Position numbers and translations under genes: made by a program. A DNA stretch of 63,374 bases from Octopus bimaculoides (lineage: Eukaryota): the NCBI RefSeq assembly GCF_001194135.2, contig NC_068987.1, forward strand, positions 86,681,674 to 86,745,047, in the 5' to 3' direction. The notes beneath the pieces were generated by a model. It saw nothing but the letters and a program-made list of their open reading frames with translations, made no database searches and was not told the DNA's origin. Position 1 is the first letter of the stretch. Each line of letters opens with the position of its first letter. Shown here piece after piece: positions 13,585 through 27,760 of this stretch.

Positions 13585-14293
13585 ACAGTTGTTGGCCTGT
13601 TTTAAATGAAATTCGGTTTTCTGCTGAGGACAAAATGGCAGCCGAAACAGTTTTCATGCTTCAAGCAGCTTACACGGACTCTGCAATGAGCAAAGCACTA
13701 GTTTACGAGTGGTCTTAACGCTTTAGGAATGGTCACTTGCTGCTTCAAAAAAAGCAACGATCAGGACGATCGTAGACCTCCCGAGCGAATGGGACCATCA
13801 TAAATATTCATGAACTGATCTTGGAGACCTGTCACCGAACACTTATTGAATTGGTTGATATAACAACTGGTATGTCCTGGAGCTCTTGTCAACGAATTTT
13901 GAGAGATGAATTGCAAATGAAAAGAGTTGCAGCAAAATTTGTGTCTCGCTTGTTTATGGAAGATCAAAAGCAGTCACGCGTGAATAGGTGTCCTGAACTG
14001 AAAGAACAGATGGAAATTGAACCAAACCATTTTTTCGACGGTCATCACTGGTGACGAAAGATGGTGCTAGCGAATTTGCAGATATGGAAGGCGAGAAAAA
14101 AAAACCATGGCGGTGTTAAAAGGTATCACTTCTCAAGAGTTCCAGCGCTGTTTCGAACAGTGGAAAACGCTCCTGGGCCGATGCATTGCTTCAAATGAAG
14201 AATACTTTGAAGGCGATAAAAGTGTAAACATGTAAAACTAATTGAATAAAATAATACTACAAAATCCCTGTTTCTTTTGAGTAACCCCTTGTA
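13585..14293 (+). mobile_element. Internally deleted mariner (DD34D-type) transposase pseudogene
   Basis: AAETVFMLQAAY..SAMSKALVYEW, then GMSWSSCQRILRDELQMKRVAAKFVSRL..EDQKQSR, ITGDERWC and FQRCFEQWK....RCIASNEEYFEGD; terminal ...gtaaccccttgta. Confidence 0.85.
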
Positions 14294-15178
14294 TATAGTA
14301 CAATTTTTGTCAAATATATACTCTTAGTAAAATTTGACATTATAAGTTTGGAAATATTCGATTCAGCGCTGGAGAACCAAATGATTTGAACAGTTCTCAT
14401 GGTAAATACTGGATCTTTTTAAAATTTCGAATCTGCTGGGAATAAAATATGCACCGAGTTTCTCTCAATCTAATGCTACTGCACACATTAGTTTTCTTTC
14501 CAGAATCTTTTTTCACCTGACAAGTATTGAATAGAATAATTAAAATAGAAAGCAATTACTTGGTTTGCTTCGAAACTGTTTAATTACCCGAAGAGTAACA
14601 TACATTGTTTTTTTTTTTTTAATCTATAAAATAAATTAATCATTATTGCCAGCGTCTTCATTTAGAATTTTAGGGTTGATTACATAATTCGAAGCAGCAA
14701 ATAATTTTTCCACTTGCATGCATGAAAAAGGAAATACTTGCAAATGGTTTTAGCATGGGACAATTTCTTTTCGCTCTTACCGGAAGGCTTACTCTAACTC
14801 TTCCAGTGCTTACCTTGTTTAATTGCATTCAGTTAAAATTTGGCGCATCAAAGTCTTTCATGTAACGGACAAAAGCAGCTGGCCTAAAATAGAAACGATG
14901 CTCCTGGCAAATTCATTTTGACACCGAGTTTCGATTCACTGTTGAAGCCACATTAAATCTTTCTAATCTCTTTGTGGTATTTATTTCCATTTCCTTCTCA
15001 AAGTAAATCTGTCGCCTTCTTATCTTAGAGAACAAATCGATAATCTCAGTGAAATAAGAGATTGGTTAAGTCGGTGTAATTTTCAGCTGATCGATATATC
15101 TATACATTTACGTATATATAAATGTATATATATATATATACGTGTGTGTGTGTGTGTATATATATATCATCTGTGTGG

Positions 15179-15233
<55 letters not shown>

Positions 15234-15343
15234 TATACGCATACATACGGATGTGCATATACATATATTCGTATATATTTACATGTATATATATATATAT
15301 GTACGCCTACACATGTGTATATACTCACAGAAGTGTGTGTGTT

Positions 15344-15377
<34 letters not shown>

Positions 15378-15734
15378 CATGCGCATGCGCATTCAAATAC
15401 ATTGCATCACATACACAGTATGATGAGTCGAAAATCTTCGATTATTTGAAATTGCAATTAGGAAAGAAAAGTCCCCGCAAGGATTCTGAAGATAATAGAA
15501 ATAACAAGCAAAACGTTAACTCCTATTGCATCATCTAATAGAATTTTTTGTTAATGAAACCCGTTGTTGCAAGCAAAACATTCCATTTCGATATTTCAGT
15601 AGCAAAGTATATTCATTACAATTGGTAAGACAAACAAGTGCCCAGTGTATCGAATAATGGGAAGTAGTGACATTAATTCTTTGATATAAATAATAAAAGC
15701 GAAAGAAATTAATTCTGGTGTGTTTTCTGTATAA

Positions 15735-16055
15735 AGGGTAAAGACTTCCTTCAGTCATGACTGACCATGGGATTGCACCTAGAAAGTTCCCCTCCGAGGC
15801 GCAAGTCCGGGAAAGGTTGCTCATGGAAGACCTGCAGCCCTCCATGTATACTAGTCTCCCATCTACACATCGCTGATGTTATCCTAGGGCAAGGCAGAGG
15901 CCGATACATCTTGACACCATTGAATCGCAACTCATGTCTATCGCTGAGTGAAGTGGAGTAACATAAAATAAAGTGTCTTGCTGAAGAACACAAAACACAG
16001 CTCAGTCCAGGAATCGATTGTGATGTTCTAACCAAGCCCGACGTTCTAACGAAGC
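15735..16055 (-). mobile_element. SINE-like family D (catgactgaccatgggattgcacctagaaag...aaataaagtgtcttgc...caggaatcga)
   Basis: GC-rich island ending in a reverse-complement B-box-like tcgattcctg; resembles a cephalopod repeat I recognise; only one copy in this window. Confidence 0.55.
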
Positions 16056-16535
16056 TCCACGTTTTGAGCCAAGACCGACGTTCGCAGCCAAGACTTACAT
16101 ACCTAATCTGGTGAACTGAATGCTATGTATTGTTTTTAATTGTAAGACTAGTTTCGTATCTTCGCTGTAAGTATGGTCTTGTATTAAGTATATTAGTATA
16201 ATACTGTAATAAGAATAATAGAATGTCTACTGCTTATGTTAAAACCGGAATTACATTAAAATAGTAATTTAATATTTGATTTCATTTCAGTTGTTATACG
16301 ACGCAAAAGTGAATAAGTGCAATCATTATTATGCACAGATGTTAATTACATTAGTTCGTATATTTTCTTATAAGTCTGTTAATGGCATCACTCATTCTGC
16401 TGTGACTAATGTGTAGTTTCAACTTTCAACTATTTCGTGTATGAATTGTATCTCCAGTACTTATTTACGTCGGTGCGTATTTTTTTGATCTCTTGGACAT
16501 AACTCTGAGTTACGCGCCTTAAAATGGTGTAAGAT

Positions 16536-16696
16536 CAGGAGTGACTGTGTGGTAAGTAGCTAGCTTACCAACCATATGGTTCCGGGTACAGTCCCATTGT
16601 GTGGCACCTTGGGGAAGTGTCTTCTACTATAGCCTCGGGCCGACCAAAGCCTTGTGAGTGGATTTGGTAGATGGAAACTGAAAGAAGCCCGTCGTA

Positions 16697-16729
<33 letters not shown>

Positions 16730-16950
16730 GAGTGTGTCTGTACGTTTGTGAGCTCGTGTTTGTCCCCCTAGTATTGCTTGACAGCCGATGCTGGTGTGTT
16801 TAAGTCCCCGTCACTTAGCGGTTCGGTAAAAGCGACCGATAGAGTAAATACTAGGCTTACAAAAATAGGTCCCGAGGTCGATTTGATCGACTAAAAAAGG
16901 TAGTGCTCCAGCATGGCCGCAGTCAAATGACTGAAACAAGTAAAAGAGTA
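16536..16950 (+). mobile_element. SINE family A, near full-length
   Basis: tRNA-like head (tgtgtggtaag, ggtacagtccc), gcaccttggggaagtgtc block, internal (TA)n, 3' module ending gactgaaacaagtaaaagag. Confidence 0.9.
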
Positions 16951-18025
16951 AAAATAGTAAGAGTATGTTTAGTTGTCGAAGTTCGTTACTGAGTATTATT
17001 GTCAGGTAACCCGCTCAAAGTATTTTCAAGAAGTCTTTCTACAATTATTATCATCTGAGGTTTTTGAAACGCTGTGTTAAAAACAGTTTCCAATTGGTTT
17101 CCGGTAGATGACAAATTTGAACAGCGATCCTACGTTGGATTTTACACGAAACATGGTGAACTTGATACCCTAATATCCTTCAGATTGTTTAGCAAATATT
17201 AACTTTCTGTTCTGTTTGTCTCTTTTCAGAATTAACATGCGTCATTAAGAGTCAGTCAACAGTTACTTCGATTTGATTCACATTTATAATAGCTAATCAG
17301 TAGGAAACGCTAGAAAATATGAAAAAAAATCGTTCTCTCCCATGTGATTATAATCAGTTACAGAACATGTACAAAAATACTTAAGGAAAATTTGAAATGA
17401 TATATTACAGGTAACTCTTTCTCAACATCGTTTTAAAAAAAAGTCCATACTTCAATGAAAATGAAGCTGAAAAGTTGTTCCTTCATTCACGTTGGGCGAA
17501 CTGAATTTAGATGTCAAATGGCAAAATCTTGGTTTTTTAAGACCTTTTGAGATAAGAAATTTGAAATGTGATGAATATGAAGATTCTGAAGAAATGTTCG
17601 AAAGAGGAGGATGTCCGACGATCGATAATATATGGAAATACTCGTGTATTTTCTTTTGACTGAGAGGTGCGGATCGGAAATATTCGGATAAGATATATAT
17701 ACCAGTTTTGAGTTAGATGCAGCTCTATAATTTAAACATTACCGATGCCGTATACATAATGTCTGTGTGTTCTAAACGGTTTTTAGGTTGCGGTATTTCT
17801 AGGGAAAGTCATTTTAGAGACTTAGAGAATTTCAATACGCAATATAATTCAAATCAAAGCGAAACGAATCATCCAGAAGGTGAAAAAGAAGGACAACTTA
17901 TCGGTTCTCTGTACTCGATTGGTACTCAGGACGAATTGAAATCGCTAGGCTAATAACTAATTCGAATCGCTAAACAAAAATATCGCTGCTTAAAAGCACA
18001 TACATTAAGTATTAGAGAGCGAGTT

Positions 18026-18083
18026 GTTGCACGTATATATAACAGACATGTTGCACGTATATATAACAGACATGTTGCACGTA
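18026..18083. repeat. 24-bp tandem repeat gttgcacgtatatataacagacat, about 2.4 copies
   Basis: Direct reading. Confidence 0.85.
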
Positions 18084-19097
18084 GTTATCAACAAAACCTA
18101 CTGAGGTTTCATGCCATCTATACGCAGGTGTAACTGGTATTTTAATGTCATTTTGAAATAATTTTGATTGGTATTATTTTCTTGCGGATTGCATAGCTAA
18201 CATGGTCCGTCGTTTGTTGCTTGACTTTTATAATATTACTCTCATCATTGATATGCATATTACAATTAATCGCTCGAGGTTATATAACTTTGTAGAGGCG
18301 TTTTACAAGTTTAGATTATGATCTGTATATAATTATATGAACGACTTTTATCTAACTAGATTTTTGGATATTATAATTAAAGAGAAGAGAATATATGATG
18401 TGTGTGTGTGAGTATATATTTGTCTATGCTAATATGTATTATGTATATGTATATATATATATATATATAGTTATACGTTGAAAGGAGTATACAGCTGGTG
18501 ATATATAATTAGACTTAACACATTTTCAAGTATTCCAAACGAAATTAATACTCCTCAAGTGAATGCTATTAATTTGAATTATATAATGTTATCTATCACT
18601 ATAAATGTAAATTTTTGTTTGTTTGTTTTTTTTGCGTTTCGTTTTTTTTTCTTTAATGCAATCCTCTCTGAGGAAACCAACTAAACATACTCTTATGATA
18701 TAATACATATATTTCGATCTATACACTATTCAAACTAACTTTGCAATATTGTGCTTGGAGAAATACCTTTCAATTTGCATTTGATTTAAATACGACGTTG
18801 ATTTAAATGCAAACTGTCTCGAATTACCATACATTATTACACGAACTAAACGCACGTAAATTACACGTGCTATATAAAATAGCTGTCAGATGATAGTACT
18901 TCACAAAAAGTATATTCTCATATGTTAGAAATATATCGTTTAGTTACGCAGAAAATTGTTTTGACATTTTATCCGTATTAGTATGAAACAGACGCAGTTG
19001 TGTATCATGCTTTGAATAAAATTCAAAATTCTAGACATAAAAGGAAACGGTTGACGACTGCGACAACAGAAGAGGTTTCTTTCTTTTTTTAGTAATA

Positions 19098-19585
<488 letters not shown>

Positions 19586-21095
19586 GAAATAATTAAAAAT
19601 GTTTTAAGTTTTCATTCTGCTTGAAGGGGAATGGCCTGGCATTTGGCACACAGTCATTAATCGCAGAAAGCATATTTGCGTTATTGGTTTATGTTATTCT
19701 TCGAAGCAATACAAGGTCAGGGGTGCCAAAGCTTTTAACCATTACCTATTCTTTAGAAAACGCGTTTGACATGGAGAATGGAAAATCTCATAAGTAAACA
19801 TGCTAGTTATCCCCAAAATTTGTTGCTCAGATTCGCAGCATAAGGAAGCAGACAGGTGAAGAAACATAGCGAGCCCTGAGGGAAAAAGGTCCAAAATGCG
19901 AAGTGAAATTTGAAACCAGACAAAAATGAATTCGCTGGAGAATGTGCGGGAGAGGCGCACCGAGTGGCAGAAGAGGATAGAAAATAAGGTGAAATAAAAG
20001 GAGATATATAAATATCTATTGAGCAGCATCATGAGGGATTAAACGAGATGATAAATAACGTATCTATTACTATATTTACATTATGATGTTATCGGAGAGC
20101 TCATACACTAACACATATATACATACTCACATAGTCGTGCGCTTGCACAGATACACTTGGATGAATGCACACATGCACGCGTAAACATATGTATATACAT
20201 ACAAATATTAACACAAACCTTCTCCGCAGGGACTTTTCCACATAATTTTTATGGAGAAAATGTTGATATTCATACAGGATACAGTATGAACCGAAACAAT
20301 TATTTGCATCTTTATTCTTAACGTGTCTCGTGACAGGTTCAGAGGTAAAATACGCTAGCCATTGTGGAGTACGTCACAGGAGAATCACTTCTCACTTTTA
20401 CAACAGTGTGTTGGACATATTGCAGTCGTAAATAATCTTTTTATTAGGGGTTTCAGTCGAAAATGCGAGATAACTCTATAAATAAATGTTCAATCAATAT
20501 TGACCCTTTATCTCCTTCATTAAACGTAAATTGAATAATACCTACAGGAGATAATATTCATAAGCGAATTGTTTTACCACGGTAAACTGCAGTGAAATTC
20601 CATGTAGAAGTTAAAATTTGTCACAAACGTATTTGAACTGAAATAAAGTTTATGTAATTTCAATCACTGTTTTGCGTTGATGCATATATATTTGATCAAA
20701 GTGTGCAGTCTACTAGCGAATATCAATAACTGATTATAACAAACTAATTATAACAAACTAATGCTTTCTCTCAGCTCATCGTTGCCTCTCTTTAGTATCC
20801 ACTGCTAAAGTCGGCAAAAGAGCTAGAAATTCACATCTAGCGGCCCACAGAAGCCGCTTTGAGCTGGTACTATTAAGTGAGACATGACCTGGGCCAATGT
20901 TTGGTCAAAACTTATCTGAGTTATCTAAGTTTATACTTTTTCTACCACAAGCGAAATTGTTTTTCTCCACAGTAAACTGCAGTGAAATTACCTTTAGAAG
21001 TTTAAATATATCCCACAAATATTTATCTAAAGTTTGTTCTTCGTTTTGGGATTTGGTTTGCAAGATTCTTTATGTGAGTTCGTGTGTTGAAGCAT

Positions 21096-21410
21096 ATTCT
21101 GTGGTGTCTCGGGAGAGTCATTTTCTTTTTTTGCCGTATAATGTAATACACTCACCGGTAAAATTTCCACTTATTCCTTATTTTTATTTTCCTAAAGTTT
21201 TCGTTGCATCTTGCAACCTTTTCAATAGTCTTCACTCTGTCCGTTATTTACACGGAATTCTTTTTCAAGAGTCAAGACTATTGAAAAGGTTGCAAGTCGC
21301 AACGAAAATTTTAGGAAAATAAAAATAAGGAATAAATGGAAACTTTACCGGTGAATGTATTATATTATAAGGCACAAAAAGAAAATGACTCTCCCCAGAC
21401 ACAGCAGAAT
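21096..21410. repeat. Long imperfect inverted repeat (arms about 137 bp, spacer about 41 bp); foldback/MITE-like
   Basis: 21096-21232 is the reverse complement of 21274-21410 with scattered mismatches. Confidence 0.85.
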
Positions 21411-22833
21411 AAAGTTTGTTTCTTTCCATCAATGCTTCAGGCTACTACGTCTTTGCATAAGAGTCATATATGAGAAGTAACGAAGAATTTCCATAAGTCA
21501 CAGTATCGAAAATGTTAATAATTGTGGAATGAGATGATTTGAGATTTTAACTGGATAAACACGCAGTTGAAAAAAAAATTACCTTACGTTTTCAATACTA
21601 GTTTATATTTATGGCAAAATTATCAATTGTTAAACCGAAAGACCGTTTCGTTTTCTTGATTTTTCTCACCATTTTCTTCGGGTATCATACGTTTTTCACC
21701 TATTGCCATTCAATTAGCTTATGCGATGCTAGCAAGCAACCATCCACAGCCATAAATATCCAAAGCATACACGGTGTGAAATATCTTTTACAACTACTAA
21801 AGTGCCCCACAGTAGTTGACTTTCTTCCTGAACTTCGTCTTTCTGCCAATTAATATTTTTATTTCACTCAGTATTTTCTATAAAGAAAAAAGTGTTAAAA
21901 TGCCAAGTTTATTTTCCGACGTTTTACGACTACTTTCTTTTGAGTGCCACCTACGCCGTTGCTTTTACGTCAATCGCCTGATTATCATCAACCGTTGGAA
22001 GATTTTCTCTCATGTGCATAATAAAACCAGCATTTTCAATAGCTTTTAAATGTATTGAGTATTCAAGTTGCGAATCTTTCCTTGATCTAACAGTTGTAAT
22101 ATTACAGTGCAATTTAACGAAGCTCTTCAAAAGGAATATAATGTTAATAACCCACTTTGCTGCGTGCAGAGGTTTGGAAGCAAGTGTTCGTTTATCTTTT
22201 ACGCATGTTTATACAGTTCAGTTAACCAGATAGCAAATACCCCTGCGGTCACCCAAGCGTTTTTGTATGCATCACAGTTAACTGGAAAAACGCTTTACAT
22301 TTTTGAAGCAAAACGGATTTTTTGATCGTCTAATGACAGAGGGTCGTTTGCTGAAGTTGCTTTTACTTGTTTGTGTGTGGTGAGGTAAATATTTTGCAAA
22401 AAAAAAAGATAATAAAAAAAAAGCAGTCTCATCTGCATCAAAGTGGTCCCTTATTTCGCCGAGCATATCTGAACTGGAACGTCAAATGTTTCATCATAGA
22501 TTATTTGGGTTGTTAGCCACATCGATTATAAAATCGATTCAGACATCAACACTGGTTTAATCATCAGCTTAACCCAAAAGCCTTACAATACCTAAATCTT
22601 TTTCCTGCACATACTCTTTCTCCGTTACATACACTCAAGAGCTGTGTGCGTGGGTGGGTAACATTCACACTTCAAATTAAGTTATAATGTGAATATCAAT
22701 ATATTTGTATCTATATATATATATACGCATATGCATATATAATGAACAGGTAAGAGAAGTGAGGTGATAGAAATGATCATTATTCCATTAGTGTACATCT
22801 GTATCATAATCATGTTGTATATATAATAGACAT

Positions 22834-22933
22834 AAGGCAGCGAGCTGGCAGAAACGTTAGCACGCCGGGCGAGATGCTTAACAGTATTTCGTTTGTCTTT
22901 ACGTTCAAATTCTGCCGAGGTCGACTTTGCCTT
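22834..22933 (+). mobile_element. SINE family B, 5' half
   Basis: aaggcagcgagctggcagaaacgttagcacgccgggcg...gaggtcgactttgcc. Confidence 0.85.
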
Positions 22934-24199
22934 GGGTGTGTGTGTTGAATTTAACTAACAGACATATCTTCAGAAGGTATCATGATATTTCAAAACTTCA
23001 ACTCTCTTACAGATAACAAGCAGTCTCAATATATATTGCATGTGATAGAAGTATTCGGTAGGTTACCATACGTATAAGCAGTGACCGCAATCCATAATTA
23101 CAAACAAAACAAGAAAACAGAGAAGGAAGCAATAGACGAATACAATAAAATCGAACATTTAAAAAAAAATTGTCAAAATACATCAGAAAAGGAAATATAC
23201 AATAAGAGAAATAGGTTTATCAATGAACTGCCTTTTGAAAAAAATGATACGCCTCCTAAAATAGATTTCTTTTCTAAAGAATGTTCGGTCGACCATCCCA
23301 TATATTTTAAATGAATAATACATATGTTAAAAAAGAAAACAAGATGAATAGAACAAATAAATAAAACAAATAAATAGAAAGGAAATTATGATTAAAAAAG
23401 AGAAGAAAATAGTTTTACAAATTAAATAGGAGGGCATAAACTGTTGGAATTCTAAGCATCGTCTACTTTGGAGGATAGAAGTGCTATTTCAAGANNNNNN
23501 NNNNNNNNNNNNNNNNNNNNNNNNNNNNNNNNNNNNNNNNNNNNNNNNNNNNNNNNNNNNNNNNNNNNNNNNNNNNNNNNNNNNNNNNNNNNNNNNNNNN
23601 NNNNNNNNNNNNNNNNNNNNNNNNNNNNNNNNNNNNNNNNNNNNNNNNNNNNNNNNNNNNNNNNNNNNNNNNNNNNNNNNNNNNNNNNNNNNNNNNNNNN
23701 NNNNNNNNNNNNNNNNNNNNNNNNNNNNNNNNNNNNNNNNNNNNNNNNNNNNNNNNNNNNNNNNNNNNNNNNNNNNNNNNNNNNNNNNNNNNNNNNNNNN
23801 NNNNNNNNNNNNNNNNNNNNNNNNNNNNNNNNNNNNNNNNNNNNNNNNNNNNNNNNNNNNNNNNNNNNNNNNNNNNNNNNNNNNNNNNNNNNNNNNNNNN
23901 NNNNNNNNNNNNNNNNNNNNNNNNNNNNNNNNNNNNNNNNNNNNNNNNNNNNNNNNNNNNNNNNNNNNNNNNNNNNNNNNNNNNNNNNNNNNNNNNNNNN
24001 NNNNNNNNNNNNNNNNNNNNNNNNNNNNNNNNNNNNNNNNNNNNNNNNNNNNNNNNNNNNNNNNNNNNNNNNNNNNNNNNNNNNNNNNNNNNNNNNNNNN
24101 NNNNNNNNNNNNNNNNNNNNNNNNNNNNNNNNNNNNNNNNNNNNNNNNNNNNNNNNNNNNNNNNNNNNNNNNNNNNNNNNNNNNNNNNNNNNATATAAT

Positions 24200-24960
24200 A
24201 CAAATGATATATGAGCATATGCATGTATACATACATGTATGTACATACCTACATCTACATGTATATATAGATGCATATCCGGGTACAGGACATCAGAAAA
24301 ATGAATGGGAACAAAAAGCACAAAAACAGACTTTGTTTACAGACAACAGAACGAACCCATAGGAAAACAGACGAGCCACTTATGGAATTTTTCCTTCATC
24401 AACTGCCTCTATTCTAAACTAGATGTTTCGAAGATGAGGCAGACAGCGCGCTTAGAATAGCTCTACCTGAGTAGTAGATTAACCCACTAAACAGAGGATT
24501 CCAAGGTAGCAAACACAAACCAGGACAGGAAAATTTAGACAGGGAAAACAAAATTAAAAGACCGTAGGGCCAAACGCGATGAGATATTGAATGCCGTGAT
24601 ATGACGAAGATGAACAGAGAGATAGTAGTTTCATCTAGCGTTTATGCTGGTTATATATATAATATAATATAAATAATATATAAATATATGCATATATACA
24701 TGCATATATGTACATACCTACATATATGTGTATATATACATGCATATATGGTTACAGGACATCAAAAAAACGTAGACAAAATGAGAAAGAAGAACATAAC
24801 AAACAATAACATAGAAACATATCTTTTATCGAACGATTAAAGAAATAAACAAACAGGGAAGTGTGACAGGCAATATAAAGAACATTCCCTTCATCAGTTG
24901 TCCCCTGTTTTACCTACTCCGCATTTCGAAGGTAGGGTCAAGACGCGACTTGGTTAAAAC
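24200..24960. repeat. Two diverged tandem copies of an unclassified element, possibly Penelope-like termini
   Basis: Both units share gtacatacctaca, acaggacatca, ccttcatcar and tttcgaag blocks in the same order. Confidence 0.5.
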
Positions 24961-25081
24961 AGTCCTTTCCGCAAAGCAAATTAAATAAAATTTGGTTTTT
25001 TTTTTTGTGGAGGGTGAAAACCTACACATACGCACACGAAAGCACAGCACACACACAAACAAACACACAAACAGACACATA

Positions 25082-25124
<43 letters not shown>

Positions 25125-25670
25125 TTATTAATCATAGGGCAGCAAAATAAATCCTAGAAATTTAATTTACCACCAGTGGTCCAGCGAGAATAAAAAATTA
25201 GTCAATAGACTACATATATATTATTCATTTAAAATATAGAGATGCCTATAATAGGACATCTACCCGCTAGAAAGAGTAGCAAAAAACTCTATACCACAAA
25301 AATAGGGATAATTTCGAAAGAGAATGAAAAATAAAAACATTTTTACCAGTCTATACTCTGTACCATAGTTTCAAGCTATTTAGCTCGATAAAATTATATC
25401 TAACTCCGATCAAACTTTTAAATATATTGAAACTTAATTCAAGTTGAATCACAACTCCTCAAGGATTAAAAAACAAATTCGATTTACCATATTCGTATAT
25501 ATTCGTACATATTCGTACATATTCGTAGTATATATATTCTTAATATTTGTATTTCTCAAATATAGTTTCTTACGTTTCATTTTGCTATTGTTATGTGTAA
25601 AATTCCGTACTTACGTCTTCTCGTCTGTATATCTCTCACGGTAATGATTTTTTTTTTTGTATTTCTTTTG

Positions 25671-26017
25671 CTTCTTTTACTTGTTCCAGTCATTTGACTG
25701 AGGCCATGCTGGAGCACCGCCTTTAGTTGAACAAATCGACTCCAGGACTTACTCTTTGTAAGCTTAGCACTTATTATCCCCCTTCTCTTTTGCTGAACCG
25801 CTATGTTACACGAACGTTAACATGCCCACATCGGTTGTCAAGTGATGTGGGGGGGGGGGCAAACACAGACACACAAATACATATACGACGGGCTTCTTTC
25901 AGTTTCCATCTATCAATCCCACAGGGCTTTAAGACACCTGTCCAAGGTGCCACGCAGTGGGGCTGAACATTCAGCCATGTGGTTGGGAAGGAATCTTCTT
26001 ACCACCCAGCCACTTCT
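25671..26017 (-). mobile_element. SINE family A
   Basis: Reverse-complement match. Confidence 0.85.
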
Positions 26018-26233
26018 TAGTCAGTGCATACACAAACTAATACATTTGTTATAACTTGTCCTTCCTGAGTTTTTCCTTTTACTTGTTTGTTTCTTTTCTG
26101 TTTTGTTCTTTGCCAAAGACGTATCAGCGTTTCTAGAGTTCCTAAACTGCAAGCACACTGCATAAAATATTGATTTCAAATTTTGACACAAGGTGAGCAA
26201 TTTCAGCGTGAGAGTTAGTCGATAACATAGACT

Positions 26234-26381
26234 CCAGTATTCAACTGGTATATATTTTATCGAACCCGAAAGCATAAAAAGTAAATTCGACCCCGGCAAC
26301 ATTAGAACTCAGAAACTTAAGTCGGACAAAACGTAGTTAATCCTGTTGTCCAGCGCGGTAACGAATTTTCTAGCTCACCGC
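26234..26381 (-). mobile_element. SINE family B, diverged
   Basis: Reverse complement of the head and core (ttttatcgaacccgaaag...agctcaccgcc). Confidence 0.65.
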
Positions 26382-27350
26382 CCTCCCATAAAATACTGAC
26401 CCATGATATTATTTTCTCGATATCACTTTTGCTTTTATTTTCGATTAATTATTGTTATGTCTCAACGCTACTGCTATCTAACACCTTCGGATGATCTCTA
26501 CTCAACTACTACACAACTGCCACTCGACTGCTACTCAACACTCCTACTACGGCCAGACTACCTCTATTTATATGTCTTAGGAGATCCTACTTCTTCGCCT
26601 GGGGGCGTCGACACAACAATTATCATACATGTGTTTATTTTCGTATAAATACCACGCATTTCTAATTAATTTTTGCCTACAAATTATATTTAGCAATGCC
26701 AATATATTTTCGTACACACCTTCCTATTGTACATTTCTTGATAGCAAAACGACGCCTAGAATCTAATTGTAACAAAGCAAACTTCTTTACGCTATATACA
26801 TACCTGCGCCTGGATCATATTTTGTTGGATATTCCAATCATTTCCAGTAATTTTCATGAATTGTTGTATTTTGAAGAAAGTATAAAATATGAGGTAAAAT
26901 ATACACAGATAATATGTCCTTCTGGGAAAGTATATTTTATCACTATTTATCAGCAAGTGACGTGGTGCCAGTATTTACGATATTAGACTGCGAGCGAATA
27001 ATATTCGTTAAAAGAAATAAAATGGAATAATAGCTTTGTGCCTGCAAACTCTTTTTCAAGTACTGAAAGTTTCCAAATACTGTTTAAAAAACAGAAACAA
27101 ATATAATAAATTCTTTAGATTACGATTAATATTAAATCATAAACAACTGTGTTCATAAACAAATGTGTGAGTTGCAGACAACGCAACAGCGAGCGGAACA
27201 CCTACGAGAATTTTGCTTTATATCAGTATATATTCTGTGCGAATAAATTGTTCAATAAAATATGTACCAGTAATAAACACTGTATAGTAATAGACATATG
27301 TTCTTTATCAAACCGATTGGGATCTACAAAAAAAATCCTCGTACACATAC

Positions 27351-27476
27351 ATCCAAACAATAGAAATGCGTTGAAAAGGCTTTGTCTTCGATTACACGGA
27401 CGTGGTTTGATAAGCAGCTGGTGAATTTTGGAGCCCCGACTTGGAACTGCAGGATTGCCGGCGGGCGGCATATAGC
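27351..27476 (-). CDS. Candidate exon of an unidentified gene (126 nt)
   Basis: Pyrimidine-rich acceptor ctcttatctttcctccccgaccag and donor GAT|gtatgt; GC-rich island; two frames open (GYMPPAGNPAVPSRGSKIHQLLIKPRPCNRRQSLFNAFLLFG or AICRPPAILQFQVGAPKFTSCLSNHVRVIEDKAFSTHFYCLD); no homology recognised. Confidence 0.3.
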
Positions 27477-27711
27477 CTGGTCGGGGAGGAAAGATAAGAG
27501 GCCTTAGTACCTCAATTTCAATTTGTATTGTTTTTTTTGTTTTTTTTTTGGTAAGAGGTTCATATGTAAATTAGTAAGGATGATTGCGTCCATTTTTTTT
27601 TTTTTGAACTGAGGTAAGAGGTTCAATACCTCAGTTTGCTTTGTTGTTAAAAAAAAGTGAACACTGTTTTCGAGAATGCAACAATCGACGGGCGTTCTTT
27701 GCTTCTCTCAC

Positions 27712-27760
27712 CAACCAGTTCTTTCATTCCATCAACATAGTGTCCTTGTCCATCCCGCAG
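27712..27760 (-). CDS. Candidate 49-nt exon (LRDGQGHYVDGMKELV, phase 0 to 1)
   Basis: Donor TTG|gtgaga; needs the distal AG of tttattttatttaggtagtag; phase matches the 27351-27476 candidate across a 235-nt intron. Confidence 0.22.

Noticed and set aside
17400-17960. Protein-like frames (DVKWQNLGFLRPFEIR...; ORF 17717-17953)
   Set aside because: Stops interrupt every frame after the candidate acceptors, and no family is recognised.
23081-23314. K/N/E-rich 77-aa ORF
   Set aside because: Explained by A-rich composition; it may be TE debris but has no diagnostic motif.
26804-26921. AG/GT-bounded open segment RTYYLCIFYLIFYTFFKIQQ...QAQ (minus strand)
   Set aside because: Its phase-2 start does not join the upstream candidates, and the hydrophobic content is explained by AT richness.
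27712-27760. Resemblance of GFKLRDGQGHYVDGMKELV to the kinesin L8 loop
   Set aside because: The flanking EIYNE and SSRSH motifs are absent from neighbouring candidate exons.
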